Below are positions 1 to 9,405 of a stretch of 41,746 nucleotides of DNA, in pieces. The stretch's first letter is position 1. Every line of letters begins with the position of its first letter. The stretch is taken from positions 1 to 41,746 of the forward strand of contig JASFPJ010000003.1 of assembly GCA_050116035.1 (NCBI GenBank). The letters are read 5' to 3'. The notes under the pieces are model-generated. The model was not told the origin of the DNA, did not search any database, and worked only from the letters and a program-made list of their open reading frames with translations. Both the position numbers and the translations under genes were made by a program. The DNA is from Candidatus Aminicenantes bacterium (GTDB lineage: Bacteria > Acidobacteriota > Aminicenantia > Aminicenantales > Aminicenantaceae).

Positions 1-257
1 TGACAGCTTTAAAAAAGAAATAAATATGAGTTGAAAAAATGAATTTAAAATAATAAGGTAGAAAATAGAATTCCATTCTAATTTCAATATTGAAAATGCT
101 CCTCTTTTCAAGGAAGAAACCATTGGATTTTTTCATTTTTAGAGAGTTTAAGTATTTTGATTCCGTTAATACGCTAGTGATTTTCTTTCTCTTTTAGATT
201 GATATAGTTCTGTGAATCAAGTTATGAATATTATCTGAGAGGAAAAGAGAGGTTTCG

Positions 258-680
258 ATGTTTTTTTTGAAGAGAAATAAAGAAAAAAAAAGATTTGATT
301 ATGAACTTGAGTTAGTCGATGAAGAAATTAATCGATCCGAAAGATTCGATCTTAATTTTTGTGTGCTTGCAGTCGAATTGAGTCATTTGAATCCCCGAGG
401 CCTGAGCAGAATATTGCCGGGGGACGTCATTTCGTTCCATATAGTGAATAAATATATCCGCAATTATGACAGAATTTTCGGCCCTTATTTTAGAAGATAT
501 TTTATAATCCTTCCCCAGACAGATACACGTGGGGCTGATGTAGTTAAACAAAGGATTCAAGAAATCGCTTTAAAATACCAATGGGGAAATGTCTCTATTG
601 GTGTGGCAATCTTCCCTGATAATGGCAAAAAAGCTGTAGAATTATTAAATACGGCTGTGGATAAGATATCAAACCCTTAA
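258..680 (+). CDS. Degenerate stand-alone GGDEF-domain protein
   Basis: GGDEF-like pattern EINRSERFD..F.VL.VEL ... RNYD-RIFGP-YFRRY-FIILP ... VSIGVAIFP...ELL; the GGDEF signature is replaced by YFRRY. Confidence 0.7.
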   Translation: MFFLKRNKEKKRFDYELELVDEEINRSERFDLNFCVLAVELSHLNPRGLSRILPGDVISFHIVNKYIRNYDRIFGPYFRRYFIILPQTDTRGADVVKQRIQEIALKYQWGNVSIGVAIFPDNGKKAVELLNTAVDKISNP

Positions 681-970
681 AAAACTGATCTATCCATTTA
701 TCTGAAATTCTATATGAAGGATAAGTTAGCTAAAAATAACCAGTCATCCATTTTCACTTGAGCCCACCAAAGAAACATTTGTCTGGATTAAAGAACTCTC
801 GATGCTCCTGAAGAAATACCTCAAGGGCCTGAAAAAAAAGAGTCCTGAACTGATAGATATTCAATCGGTTAATCACCACTTGATCTAAACCTTAAATGAT
901 ATTGAAGATTCCTTTCGTTGTCGATAGGATCGTTTTTATTTTTTGTAGGGGGATGTTTCATAAAACAAAT

Positions 971-999
971 TAAACCTTTTGGCTATATGTGAGGTCTAA
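971..999 (+). promoter_or_regulatory. Putative ECF-sigma (autoregulatory) promoter
   Basis: TAAACC-17 nt-GTCTAA, 26 nt upstream of the ECF sigma ATG; resembles the AAC / GTCnAA ECF consensus. Confidence 0.5.
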
Positions 1000-1025
1000 C
1001 AATTAGAAAACAGGAAAAACACTGG

Positions 1026-1550
1026 ATGAATGAAAATGAAATCATTCAACGATGCCAGCAGTATGATTTGAGTGCATACAAAATGATATATGATAGATAT
1101 GAGCAACCTCTTCTTCATACTGCTCTGCGTATGCTGGGACAGCAGCAAGATGCGGAGGACGCTGTTCAAACGACATTCCTGAAACTCTACCGCGGGATTC
1201 AGAACTACAATTACAGCTCGAAATTCAGCACCTATTTGTTCCGCATTTTGATGAATGCCTGTTTTGACATTCTCAGAAAGAGGAAGCGGATAAAAGTCCA
1301 TCCACTTGAGGAAGGATATGCCTCCTATCATTCCAGACATGAAGAGAGAATGGTTCTGGAAGAGGCAATCCAGGCGCTGCCAGAACGAATGCGGGCCTGT
1401 TTCATTTTGTTTGCCGTTGAGGAACTGAAGCAGGATGAAATTGCACAGATCTTGAACATCACACCGGGTGGAGTTAAATCAACCATTTATCATGCTAAAA
1501 CGCGGCTTCGATCCAAATTATCAAACCTGCAAATAAAGGAGAGCTCATGA
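1026..1550 (+). CDS. ECF RNA polymerase sigma-70 factor
   Basis: 174 aa; DAEDAVQTTFLKLY, FSTYLFRILMNACFD (region 2) and a region 4 HTH (EIAQILNITPGGVKSTIYHAK). Confidence 0.95.
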   Translation: MNENEIIQRCQQYDLSAYKMIYDRYEQPLLHTALRMLGQQQDAEDAVQTTFLKLYRGIQNYNYSSKFSTYLFRILMNACFDILRKRKRIKVHPLEEGYASYHSRHEERMVLEEAIQALPERMRACFILFAVEELKQDEIAQILNITPGGVKSTIYHAKTRLRSKLSNLQIKESS

Positions 1551-2188
1551 GCTGCCAAAAATTTAAAAAATATGAGTTTGGAAAACTGAGCCAAAGCGAG
1601 TTCCAGAAGCATTTAAAAACGTGTGCTGAATGTCAGGAACGGATAAAGCAGGATACCCGGTTGTTGTCTATGGCCAAATTATTGAAAAAGCCGGTTGAGT
1701 CGCCTCATCTTTGGGATCGGATCGAGGAAAGCTTAAGGGGAGAACAGCACAAAGGAAAACGCTCGGAGGTTAAAGATTCTCGCTGGAGCCTGATTCAGTT
1801 ATTACCGGCGGCGGCGGCCGCTCTCCTGATAATTAGCGTTGGATTTTATTTTTTGCTTAAACCAGAAACCGGAAGGTCTGGGATATTGACCGAATCTGCC
1901 CTGGCGAAGATAGAAAAGAAGGAAAGGGAATACATTGAGGCCATCGAAGAGCTGGAAGAGCAGACTCTTCCCAAAATGGCGGATATGAATCTAGAGTTGA
2001 TGCTGCTCTACAGAGACAGACTGGAGACCATTGATAACCAGATTGAGCAATGCAGGGAAGCCCTTTCTGAAAATCCGGGCAACGCCCACATCAGGCGCTA
2101 CATGCTTGCCGCCTTGCAGGATAAAAAACAGACACTCAAGGAATTATTGGAATCCGAACCGACTAATGGAATAAACATAAACCTATAG
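1547..2188 (+). CDS. Zinc-binding (ZAS) transmembrane anti-sigma factor
   Basis: ATGA overlap with the sigma gene; HxxxCxxC motif (HLKTCAEC); one TM helix; helical C-terminal domain. Confidence 0.85.
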   Translation: MSCQKFKKYEFGKLSQSEFQKHLKTCAECQERIKQDTRLLSMAKLLKKPVESPHLWDRIEESLRGEQHKGKRSEVKDSRWSLIQLLPAAAAALLIISVGFYFLLKPETGRSGILTESALAKIEKKEREYIEAIEELEEQTLPKMADMNLELMLLYRDRLETIDNQIEQCREALSENPGNAHIRRYMLAALQDKKQTLKELLESEPTNGININL

Positions 2189-2237
2189 AGGACATTGAAT
2201 GCGTATGTGTGATTTGTCTTGAATCAAGGAGGAAACA

Positions 2238-3899
2238 ATGAGAAAAAGACAACTCATTTGTCTGGTTTTAACTTTTCTGCTTACCGCCTTTTTTATCCAG
2301 GATCTTGAAGCCAGTAAGGAGACTCTGCTCAAGAGCGTTAAATCCAGAGCGTTCACAAAAAGCATCAGATCCGCTCCTGGGAAAACTTTATATGTGGAGA
2401 GGACCCGCGGTGATTTAACTATCATAGGAACAGAGCAAAATGAGATTTCCGTCAAAGCCATTGTGGAAGTGGGGGATACGGATGAAGAATTCTTAGAAGA
2501 ATTCCTGGGTCGGTCAGAATTGATTCTGGAGCCGTACAGGCAAGGATTCCGACTGGCACTGGTGACTCCAAGAGAAGAAATGGTTAAAGGAGAACAGAGC
2601 GATTTTGCCCGGCTTCTGCGGAAGATTTTCAGAAGAGGAAGGTATCGGTTCTCACTCTCGACCGAGATAGAGGTCCACGTTCCTTCCAAACAATCTCTCG
2701 ATGTCAAAAACGCCTACGGTGATATTGACATCAAAGATGTCATCGGGACCTTAGTCGTGGAGAATCGTTCCGGTGAAGTGGGGATAAAAAATTGTGGTGG
2801 AGAATTGGACCTGCAGAACAGTTATGCTCTGGTCGAAGTCATTGATTTTAACGGCCCTCTTGACCTTAAAAACAGCAGTGGAGCCGTTGTTTTAAGTGAA
2901 ATCGACGGAGACGTCGAACTTCAGAACAGCTATAAATCTGTGGATTTTGAGCAGATAGGCGGTTCGCTGACCATTAAATCTCACAGCAGTGATGTGATCG
3001 GGAGTGATGTCAGAGGCGATTGTGATATCACGACCTCTTACAGAGAAATCAAAGTGGGCGGAGTACAGGGAACTTTAAAGATCAAGGGTTCGAGCTGCAC
3101 GATTTCCGTCGATAGGGTTGAGAAGGATGCAGAGATTGAAAGCAGCTATAAACCTGTGAGAGTCAGTGATGTGGGTGGTTACCTAAGATTCCGTGGGCAG
3201 TCCAGCTCGCTGACAGTGCTGGATGTTGTGAAAGACGTCTCCATCAGAAGCTCATACAGAGAGATCACAGTGGACCGTGTGGGAGGGTCGCTCGATGTGG
3301 ATGGCCCATCCTGCCCCGTAACTGTGCGCGATGTGAAAGGAAACGCAATCATACTTTCCTCATACAAGGATATTATTGTCGAGAGAGTGGACGGAGAATT
3401 AGAAATACGCGCCCATTCAGGCTCTGTGACGGTCGATGAGGTTGGCAAAGATGTGACTATCCGCTCCTCATACAGGCCCATTCAGGTGAAGCATGTTGGA
3501 GGGAAATTGGAAGTGGATGGAAGCTCATGCAGTGTGACGGCTGATGATGTCGCGGGAGATGTGAACGTAAAGAACTCGTACAAGTATGTCATCCTGAAAC
3601 GCACATCCGGGTCCATAGTCGTCCAGGGGAGCAGCAGTCCGATTGAAGTCTCTCAAATTAAGAATTTGCCATCAGATGGACAGGTGGAGCTCATCACGAC
3701 ATACAAACCGATTCTGCTCTATATTCCAAAAAATCCGAATGTCAAAATTTCTGCATACACTCGCTACGGAAAGGTAAGCTCGGATTTCCCTGTCTACCTC
3801 GATGAGGAAGATAAAAACAGGATACGGATTGAACTCGGTGGAGGCCAGACTGTTGTTCGTCTGCAAACAAGTGGAAATATCACCATAAAGAAGGATTAG
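2238..3899 (+). CDS. Secreted DUF4097-like beta-strand repeat (beta-solenoid) protein
   Basis: Signal peptide; about 9 copies of a 36-aa repeat beginning (N/S/T)(S/A)Y; AGGAGG RBS; usual partner of ECF/anti-sigma pairs. Confidence 0.85.
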   Translation: MRKRQLICLVLTFLLTAFFIQDLEASKETLLKSVKSRAFTKSIRSAPGKTLYVERTRGDLTIIGTEQNEISVKAIVEVGDTDEEFLEEFLGRSELILEPYRQGFRLALVTPREEMVKGEQSDFARLLRKIFRRGRYRFSLSTEIEVHVPSKQSLDVKNAYGDIDIKDVIGTLVVENRSGEVGIKNCGGELDLQNSYALVEVIDFNGPLDLKNSSGAVVLSEIDGDVELQNSYKSVDFEQIGGSLTIKSHSSDVIGSDVRGDCDITTSYREIKVGGVQGTLKIKGSSCTISVDRVEKDAEIESSYKPVRVSDVGGYLRFRGQSSSLTVLDVVKDVSIRSSYREITVDRVGGSLDVDGPSCPVTVRDVKGNAIILSSYKDIIVERVDGELEIRAHSGSVTVDEVGKDVTIRSSYRPIQVKHVGGKLEVDGSSCSVTADDVAGDVNVKNSYKYVILKRTSGSIVVQGSSSPIEVSQIKNLPSDGQVELITTYKPILLYIPKNPNVKISAYTRYGKVSSDFPVYLDEEDKNRIRIELGGGQTVVRLQTSGNITIKKD

Positions 3900-4282
3900 A
3901 CAGGCTTCCTTTTTACTCATAAATATTTAAAAAGTTTTTTGTCCGATCATAAATCGAGATCATCAGCTTCCTATGTATTGAAATTTTGGACCATTATTCT
4001 TCCCAGCTTAACTAATACAGATATATAAGATGGAATTTCCTCATTATTTTGAATGAATATCTAAAAGTATATTTTCAAAGCGTGTGGATGTAGACATAGA
4101 GTCATAGAGGTTACATCTGACCAGTACAGAGGACAGAAAACAGCAACAAATCTTCTTTTTTCCCTGGAATGAGTTGGCATGCCGCTTGCAAATGTATTTG
4201 TTTAGACAACACAACAGTATTCTATTTTTTAACAAGGGACGAACGAAATTCTGGTTTTGTCAAAGTGAGGATGGAGGAAAGC

Positions 4283-4996
4283 ATGAAAAAAATTAAATTA
4301 ATCGCATCTTTCATTATGGGTATCTTATTGGCAGTATCCTTAGGCTATCCCCAGCCACCATTCCAGGCCAGTGCCTATTTTAGTCTCGGATTTCCTCAAA
4401 GCGAATTTAGGAACAATGTCGATCGAATCGGATACAGCGGTGTCGGACATTTTGCCTATAATTTCCGTGATTCTCCTTTCCTGGTGGGGGTGTCTCTCGG
4501 TATTCTTGTCTATGGAAGCGAGACTCGGACGGAACCTCTCAGCCTAATGGTTCCGGATGTGATGGTCAATGTGACAACCTCAAATAACATATTCCTCTGT
4601 CATTTTCTGCTGCGCGTCCAGCCACAGAAAGGGATGATTCGTCCTTATCTGGATGGATTGCTCGGGTTCAATTATCTCTACACCGACACAAGAGTTAAAG
4701 GGAGAAGCGACATTGGATATGAGACTATTGCCAGCTCCAATATTCATAATGACCTCACGTTTAGCTATGGAGCTGGAAGCGGCCTGATGGTTCAAGTGTT
4801 TTCAAAACAAAGGAGAAAAAAAAGCGGATCCTTTGCGATGTACCTGGATATGGCAGTGCGCTACATAAAAGGAGGAAAAGCGGAATACTTGAAAGAAGGA
4901 TCCATTCGTCTGGAAAACGATCAGATCTTATATGACGTCAGTCGATCAACCACTGACCTTGTCACCGGATACATCGGAGTTTCCTTCTCCTTTTAG
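4283..4996 (+). CDS. Outer-membrane beta-barrel protein
   Basis: Start moved to ATG 4283 after GGAGG; signal peptide; amphipathic strands (RPYLDGLLG, FSYGAGSG); C-terminal IGVSFSF ending in Phe. Confidence 0.75.
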   Translation: MKKIKLIASFIMGILLAVSLGYPQPPFQASAYFSLGFPQSEFRNNVDRIGYSGVGHFAYNFRDSPFLVGVSLGILVYGSETRTEPLSLMVPDVMVNVTTSNNIFLCHFLLRVQPQKGMIRPYLDGLLGFNYLYTDTRVKGRSDIGYETIASSNIHNDLTFSYGAGSGLMVQVFSKQRRKKSGSFAMYLDMAVRYIKGGKAEYLKEGSIRLENDQILYDVSRSTTDLVTGYIGVSFSF

Positions 4997-5128
4997 TCAT
5001 TAGAAAGAAGAACAAGCCTAAAACTGACAGACATTGTTTACACATGGAGCGATTTCCCCTAAGATAGAAACTTGCATTTGAAAGGAATCGCTTCATATCA
5101 ACTATGAGATCTTAAGAAACCAGAGATG

Positions 5129-5167
5129 CCGGGTGATGTCTGATGCTCAGCCACCCGGGGCTTTTTT
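5129..5167 (+). terminator. Intrinsic-terminator-like hairpin
   Basis: CCGGGTG (5129-5135) pairs with CACCCGG (5152-5158), with an inner CTGA/TCAG stem, followed by GGCTTTTTT. Confidence 0.55.
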
Positions 5168-5326
5168 GAAGGTGTTTCGTTACCTGGAACAGTTTGACTG
5201 TTTCTCGATCGGCTCCCCTATACTTCAGGATTGATGCGTTCATGGAAAGCCTAGGTTTTTAAAAAGTAAAAGGATAGAAACGAATATAATCATGAAAGAG
5301 AATAAATACGCAAATAATGACAGGAG

Positions 5327-6112
5327 TTGGACATGATTGTCGTCGGTATTGACTGTGGGGCAAAATATGTCAAAGCCCTGGTTCTGGAAGACGATAAAAT
5401 CAAAGCTAAAATCTCGGTTCTCAGCGGCTTTGACCAGAAAGCCTCCGCCCAGGAAGCCCTGGATAAAGCTCTGGAGCAGGCCGGTTTGAAGAAAGACGAT
5501 CTTGCCCATATCACAGCCACTGGAACGGGAAAAGAGGAAGCCACTTTTGCCAAGAGCACGATTACCGAAGTCGGAGCAGACGCGAAAGCTGTGAATTTTC
5601 TTTATCCCTCTGTCCGGACTGTAATCGACGTCGGAGCTGAAGAGGGAAGGGCGATAAAAGTCAACGAAGCCGGGAAGGTCATAGATTTTGCCATCAACGA
5701 TAAGTGCGCGGCTGGAGCCGGGACGTTCACTGAGACCATGGCCCGTGCGCTTGAAGTCAAACTGGAGGAGATGGGAGCCCTCTCTTTAAAGTCACAGAAA
5801 TCTGTTCCGATGAATGCCCAGTGCGTGGTTTTTGCTGAGTCCGAGGTTGTCAGCCTCATTCATGCCAAGCATGCCAAGGAAGATATCCTCCGAGCTGTTC
5901 ATGATGCGATCGCTGACCGCATCGCTTCAATGGCACGGAGAATCGGGGTTGAAAAAGATGTGGCCCTCGTGGGTGGATTGGCCCGGAATATTGGTTTTGT
6001 GGATTCATTGAAACGAGACCTGAAGCAGGAATTGCTGATTCCTGAAGACCCGGAATATTCGTGTGCTTTGGGAGCGGCTTTTGCAGCCGCGGAAAAGGTA
6101 AAAGGTGGCTAA
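5327..6112 (+). CDS. bzdP: ASKHA ATPase activator subunit, bzd-type benzoyl-CoA reductase subunit P-like
   Basis: GIDCGAK, TGTG, VIDVGAEEGRA, NDKCAAGAG, QCVVFAESEV; immediately precedes a bzdQ-like gene. Confidence 0.75.
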   Translation: MDMIVVGIDCGAKYVKALVLEDDKIKAKISVLSGFDQKASAQEALDKALEQAGLKKDDLAHITATGTGKEEATFAKSTITEVGADAKAVNFLYPSVRTVIDVGAEEGRAIKVNEAGKVIDFAINDKCAAGAGTFTETMARALEVKLEEMGALSLKSQKSVPMNAQCVVFAESEVVSLIHAKHAKEDILRAVHDAIADRIASMARRIGVEKDVALVGGLARNIGFVDSLKRDLKQELLIPEDPEYSCALGAAFAAAEKVKGG

Positions 6113-6986
6113 AATGGAAAAAGAATACTGGAGATGGCCAGAGTCAAGGTGGACGTCCTCTGATGTCGATTGGAAGGATGGGGATATCATTTCGGCTGGG
6201 GTGGATGTCGGTTCAGTGAGTTCCCAGGCTGTGGTTCTTGTGGATGGGGATCTCTTCAGCTACAGCAATTACCGCACCGGCTCTGGCAGCCCGGAGAGCG
6301 CTCAGAAAGTTATGGACAATGCGCTGGAGGAGACCAGCCTGACCTTGGATAAGATCGATTACATTGTCGGAACCGGCTATGGAAGGGTCAATGTCCCCTT
6401 TGCCCAGCGGACCATCACTGAGATCGCCTGCCATGCCCGGGGAGCCAATTTCATGTACGGACCCACAGTGAGGACCATCCTGGATATGGGAGGCCAGGAC
6501 TGCAAGGCCATCCGCTGTGATGCCGAAGGCAAAGTCACGAATTTTTTGATGAATGATAAATGCGCGGCGGGTACAGGTCGCGGCATGGAGGTCTTTGCTG
6601 AGCTTCTTTCGGTTCCTATCGAGGATTTGGGGCGACTCTCATTTGAGGTCGATAAAGAGCCAGAGCCGGTCAGTTCCACCTGTGTCATTTTTGCCAAATC
6701 TGAAGCTGTGGGGCTTTTGCGCAAAGGTTGGCCCAAGGAGAAGGTTTTGGCCGCCTACTCCTCGGCAATGGCCCACCGTGTTGCGAGGCTACTGGAGAGG
6801 ATAAAAATTGAAAAAGATTTTGCTATCACCGGTGGGATCGCCAAGAATGAGGGAGTCGTGAAAAGGATCGAAGCCGAGTTAAAGATAGAGGCGCTCGAAC
6901 CCAAGCATGACACCCAGATCGCAGGAGCCTTGGGGGGCGCTCTGTTCGCCAAGGCGCTCATCGAAAAAGAAAGAGGATTGAGATAA
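6105..6986 (+). CDS. bzdQ: Bzd-type benzoyl-CoA reductase subunit Q (ATP-dependent activator)
   Basis: N-terminal KEYWRWPES extension; GVDVGSVSSQ, GTGYGR, DMGGQDCK, NDKCAAGTG, STCVIFAKSE. Confidence 0.85.
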   Translation: MAKMEKEYWRWPESRWTSSDVDWKDGDIISAGVDVGSVSSQAVVLVDGDLFSYSNYRTGSGSPESAQKVMDNALEETSLTLDKIDYIVGTGYGRVNVPFAQRTITEIACHARGANFMYGPTVRTILDMGGQDCKAIRCDAEGKVTNFLMNDKCAAGTGRGMEVFAELLSVPIEDLGRLSFEVDKEPEPVSSTCVIFAKSEAVGLLRKGWPKEKVLAAYSSAMAHRVARLLERIKIEKDFAITGGIAKNEGVVKRIEAELKIEALEPKHDTQIAGALGGALFAKALIEKERGLR

Positions 6987-6987
6987 A

Positions 6988-7275
6988 ATGCTTGCCCATT
7001 ACGGTTATAAAGACGGCTCAGGCGAGTACTTCATCGTTATCGACACAGATAAATGCGATGGCTGTGAAGAATGTGTGACGGCCTGCCCGTATGGTGTCCT
7101 TGAAGTGGGAGAGGACGAGAATGATCCTTTTCGGGAGGAGCCTGTCGCTAAGGTGACTGAAGATCACCGGAAAAAGATTAAATACAGTTGTGCACCCTGT
7201 AAACCGGCGTCTGGGAAAAAACCACTGCCGTGTAGAGAGGCCTGCAGTCCGGAAGCCATTTCCCATTCCTGGTGA
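6988..7275 (+). CDS. bzdM: Ferredoxin, BzdM-like
   Basis: MLAHYGYKDGSGEYFI N-terminus; CxxCxxCxxxCP and CxxC-x9-CxxxC; follows bzdPQ. Confidence 0.75.
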   Translation: MLAHYGYKDGSGEYFIVIDTDKCDGCEECVTACPYGVLEVGEDENDPFREEPVAKVTEDHRKKIKYSCAPCKPASGKKPLPCREACSPEAISHSW

Positions 7276-7555
7276 AGAAGCTGAGAAGTCAACGAAAATA
7301 CTGCTGAATTAGAGGATTCTCTTCCATTTAGTGTGGGTAAATGATCGGATCGCGTTCAGGGATGTCCCTGCTCCAGTCAGATTTTTCTCGCCATTCCCTC
7401 GTCAATCCTCTCGGCCCTGCGGAACTCCGCATGTTTATCAAGTCTTGCGCCCGGAAATCCCCCGCTCATGCGTAGCGCCACCTGATGTATTTGGATTTAT
7501 TTGAATCCGGGTGATTCCCCTGAGATATTTTTTCCCCATTGAGGATAAAGCGGAT

Positions 7556-9004
7556 TTACGGGTGAAGTTTATGGTTCTTCTTCTCTTTTAATTCCTTGAT
7601 GATCTTCTTGAATTCCGGCGCTTTTCTAATCGATATCAGATCTTCCTGATTTTCTATCGCTTTAATATCGTTAAATCCGTTCTCGACAGCGCGCTCAAGC
7701 ATTTTTAAGGCTTTCTTCTTCTGTTTATTCAATGCATAAAAGCGGGCTAGTTCATACTGTACGTATGGAAGAAGGGAAGGCTTGTATTCACTGGCTTTGG
7801 CTGCGATTTCGTGGAATATAATGGCCATTTTATAATTCCCTTTTTCGTAATACCTCCATCCTTCTTCAACAGAATGAATGAATAATTCTACGAGCAAGCG
7901 GGAAGCGAAGTAGTGTTCGTTTATGTTATTTTTGTTTTTAAATTTTTTAGATAAGTGGCTGATTCCCAGTTCTGAGTATACGTCGGTAAGATTCATAACC
8001 ATTTCTGGGGATTTCATGATTCGAGCGAATGTATTAATGAATTTTTCTCTATAGAGATCTTCTCTTTCACTGATTTCCTTTTCATCGTTCATGAATTTCC
8101 TGTATTCTTTACTCTGTTTGAGATAGCTTATTCTATCTGAAATGTCTTTGGCATCCTTCCACCCCTGAAAAGAAGAGACAATCGCTTCATACTCAGAGAC
8201 AGCGCGGTAAACATGCCCTTCTTCTTCCAATCGTTGCGCCTTTTCCAGTTCCTTTGTGTATATTTTTTCGATCAAGCGGGTATCCAAAGGCCTCAACTTT
8301 CGTTTCATCGCCAGAACTTCCACCCATTCGATGGCCCGTGTACAGATTTCTTGAGGAGGCCAGTTGTGCTCGCCATCATGAACAAGGAACCTGTGCGTAA
8401 CATTCCAGTTATCAAATTCGTTATCGAGTCTCATCATCGGTTGATAGTTGAAATCTCGATAGCCAACGATTCCAAAATAAGTAGATGGTTGAACCTGTGC
8501 GGGTTTCAATTGCTGAGGGAGTCCCGCACCGATGCCTATGATTCCTTCAACAGGATGATTAACGAATTTTGAGAAAACAGCTGCGGCCCTGGAACCTCCG
8601 GAGAAGCCTGTCGTATACACTCGTTTTTTATCTATTGAAAAACGTTGATTGGTATCAGTCCAGACTGCCATAGATGCTTCCATCACAGGAAGCCAGGGAC
8701 CGTTCCTTGAATTGTTTGAACCCGCAACGATATATCCATATTTTTGTGCCGCTTCTTTAAAGTGCTCAAGGGGAATCCTGCCTTTCGCTCCTGGATCAAA
8801 GGCATACAGTATCGGCCATGTCTTTTCTGGCGTGTAGTCCAGAGGGAGATAGAGGGCATAGCTTTGCTCAGGCTTGTCTTGGCATATAACCTTATCGATA
8901 ATTTCACCTTTTTGGATGTTTTGAGGGGGATGAGCGAAAATGTGCGGCTGCACGAGTAGTACAAGAACAGCTAGAATGAAGATTCGGATTGGTTTTCTGC
9001 CCAT
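7556..9004 (-). CDS. Secreted alpha/beta-hydrolase (esterase-like) with C-terminal TPR region
   Basis: Signal peptide; YALYLP, GFSGG nucleophile elbow, HDGEHNWP; terminal TPR (YELARFYAL...ALKMLERAVENGF). Confidence 0.7.
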   Translation of the reverse strand: MGRKPIRIFILAVLVLLVQPHIFAHPPQNIQKGEIIDKVICQDKPEQSYALYLPLDYTPEKTWPILYAFDPGAKGRIPLEHFKEAAQKYGYIVAGSNNSRNGPWLPVMEASMAVWTDTNQRFSIDKKRVYTTGFSGGSRAAAVFSKFVNHPVEGIIGIGAGLPQQLKPAQVQPSTYFGIVGYRDFNYQPMMRLDNEFDNWNVTHRFLVHDGEHNWPPQEICTRAIEWVEVLAMKRKLRPLDTRLIEKIYTKELEKAQRLEEEGHVYRAVSEYEAIVSSFQGWKDAKDISDRISYLKQSKEYRKFMNDEKEISEREDLYREKFINTFARIMKSPEMVMNLTDVYSELGISHLSKKFKNKNNINEHYFASRLLVELFIHSVEEGWRYYEKGNYKMAIIFHEIAAKASEYKPSLLPYVQYELARFYALNKQKKKALKMLERAVENGFNDIKAIENQEDLISIRKAPEFKKIIKELKEKKNHKLHP

Positions 9005-9125
9005 ATAAAAATCTTAGCACCTTGCATAGTGAGCGGTCAAACCAGAAGGAGAAGTGGAAAAAAGGAGAGAGGTGTTTGTACTCACTAATTAAGCAACACT
9101 TTTTTAATGATACTGAGGATAAAAG

Positions 9126-9291
9126 TGTCATTGCGAGAGCAGCGTGGCAATCTCTTTAAAATATTAATGAAATATTTTTTTTAGGAGATTGCCACGTCAC
9201 TTCGTTCCTCGCAATGACAAAAATCTGAGATTGCCACGCTGCGCTCGCAATGACATGAAGGTGAGATTGCCATGCTTCGCTCGCAATGACA
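9126..9291. repeat. Cluster of four REP-like palindromic repeats (GAGATTGCCA...CTCGCAATGACA)
   Basis: Copies at 9126-9154 (inverted), 9185-9219, 9227-9255 and 9263-9291. Confidence 0.9.
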
Positions 9292-9405
9292 TCTAAAAAG
9301 TGTTACCGAATTACTCTGCGCGTACAAAAAGCCCCTTTTCCACCATGAATGATGAATAGCATTTGAGAATCCTGAGGCTGGTTGGTACAATTGGGATGCA
9401 ATAAG

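Noticed and set aside
5105-5167. Hammerhead ribozyme or fluoride riboswitch (GAAAC, CTGATG)
   Set aside because: Core sequences are incomplete (CTGATGC) and the required stems are missing; a terminator explains the hairpin.
9126-9291. CRISPR array
   Set aside because: Linkers are only 7 nt, orientation is mixed, repeat interiors vary and there are no cas genes.
9181-9390. Cys/His-rich ORF with CHCERS repeats as a metal-binding peptide
   Set aside because: It is simply the translation of the palindromic DNA repeat.
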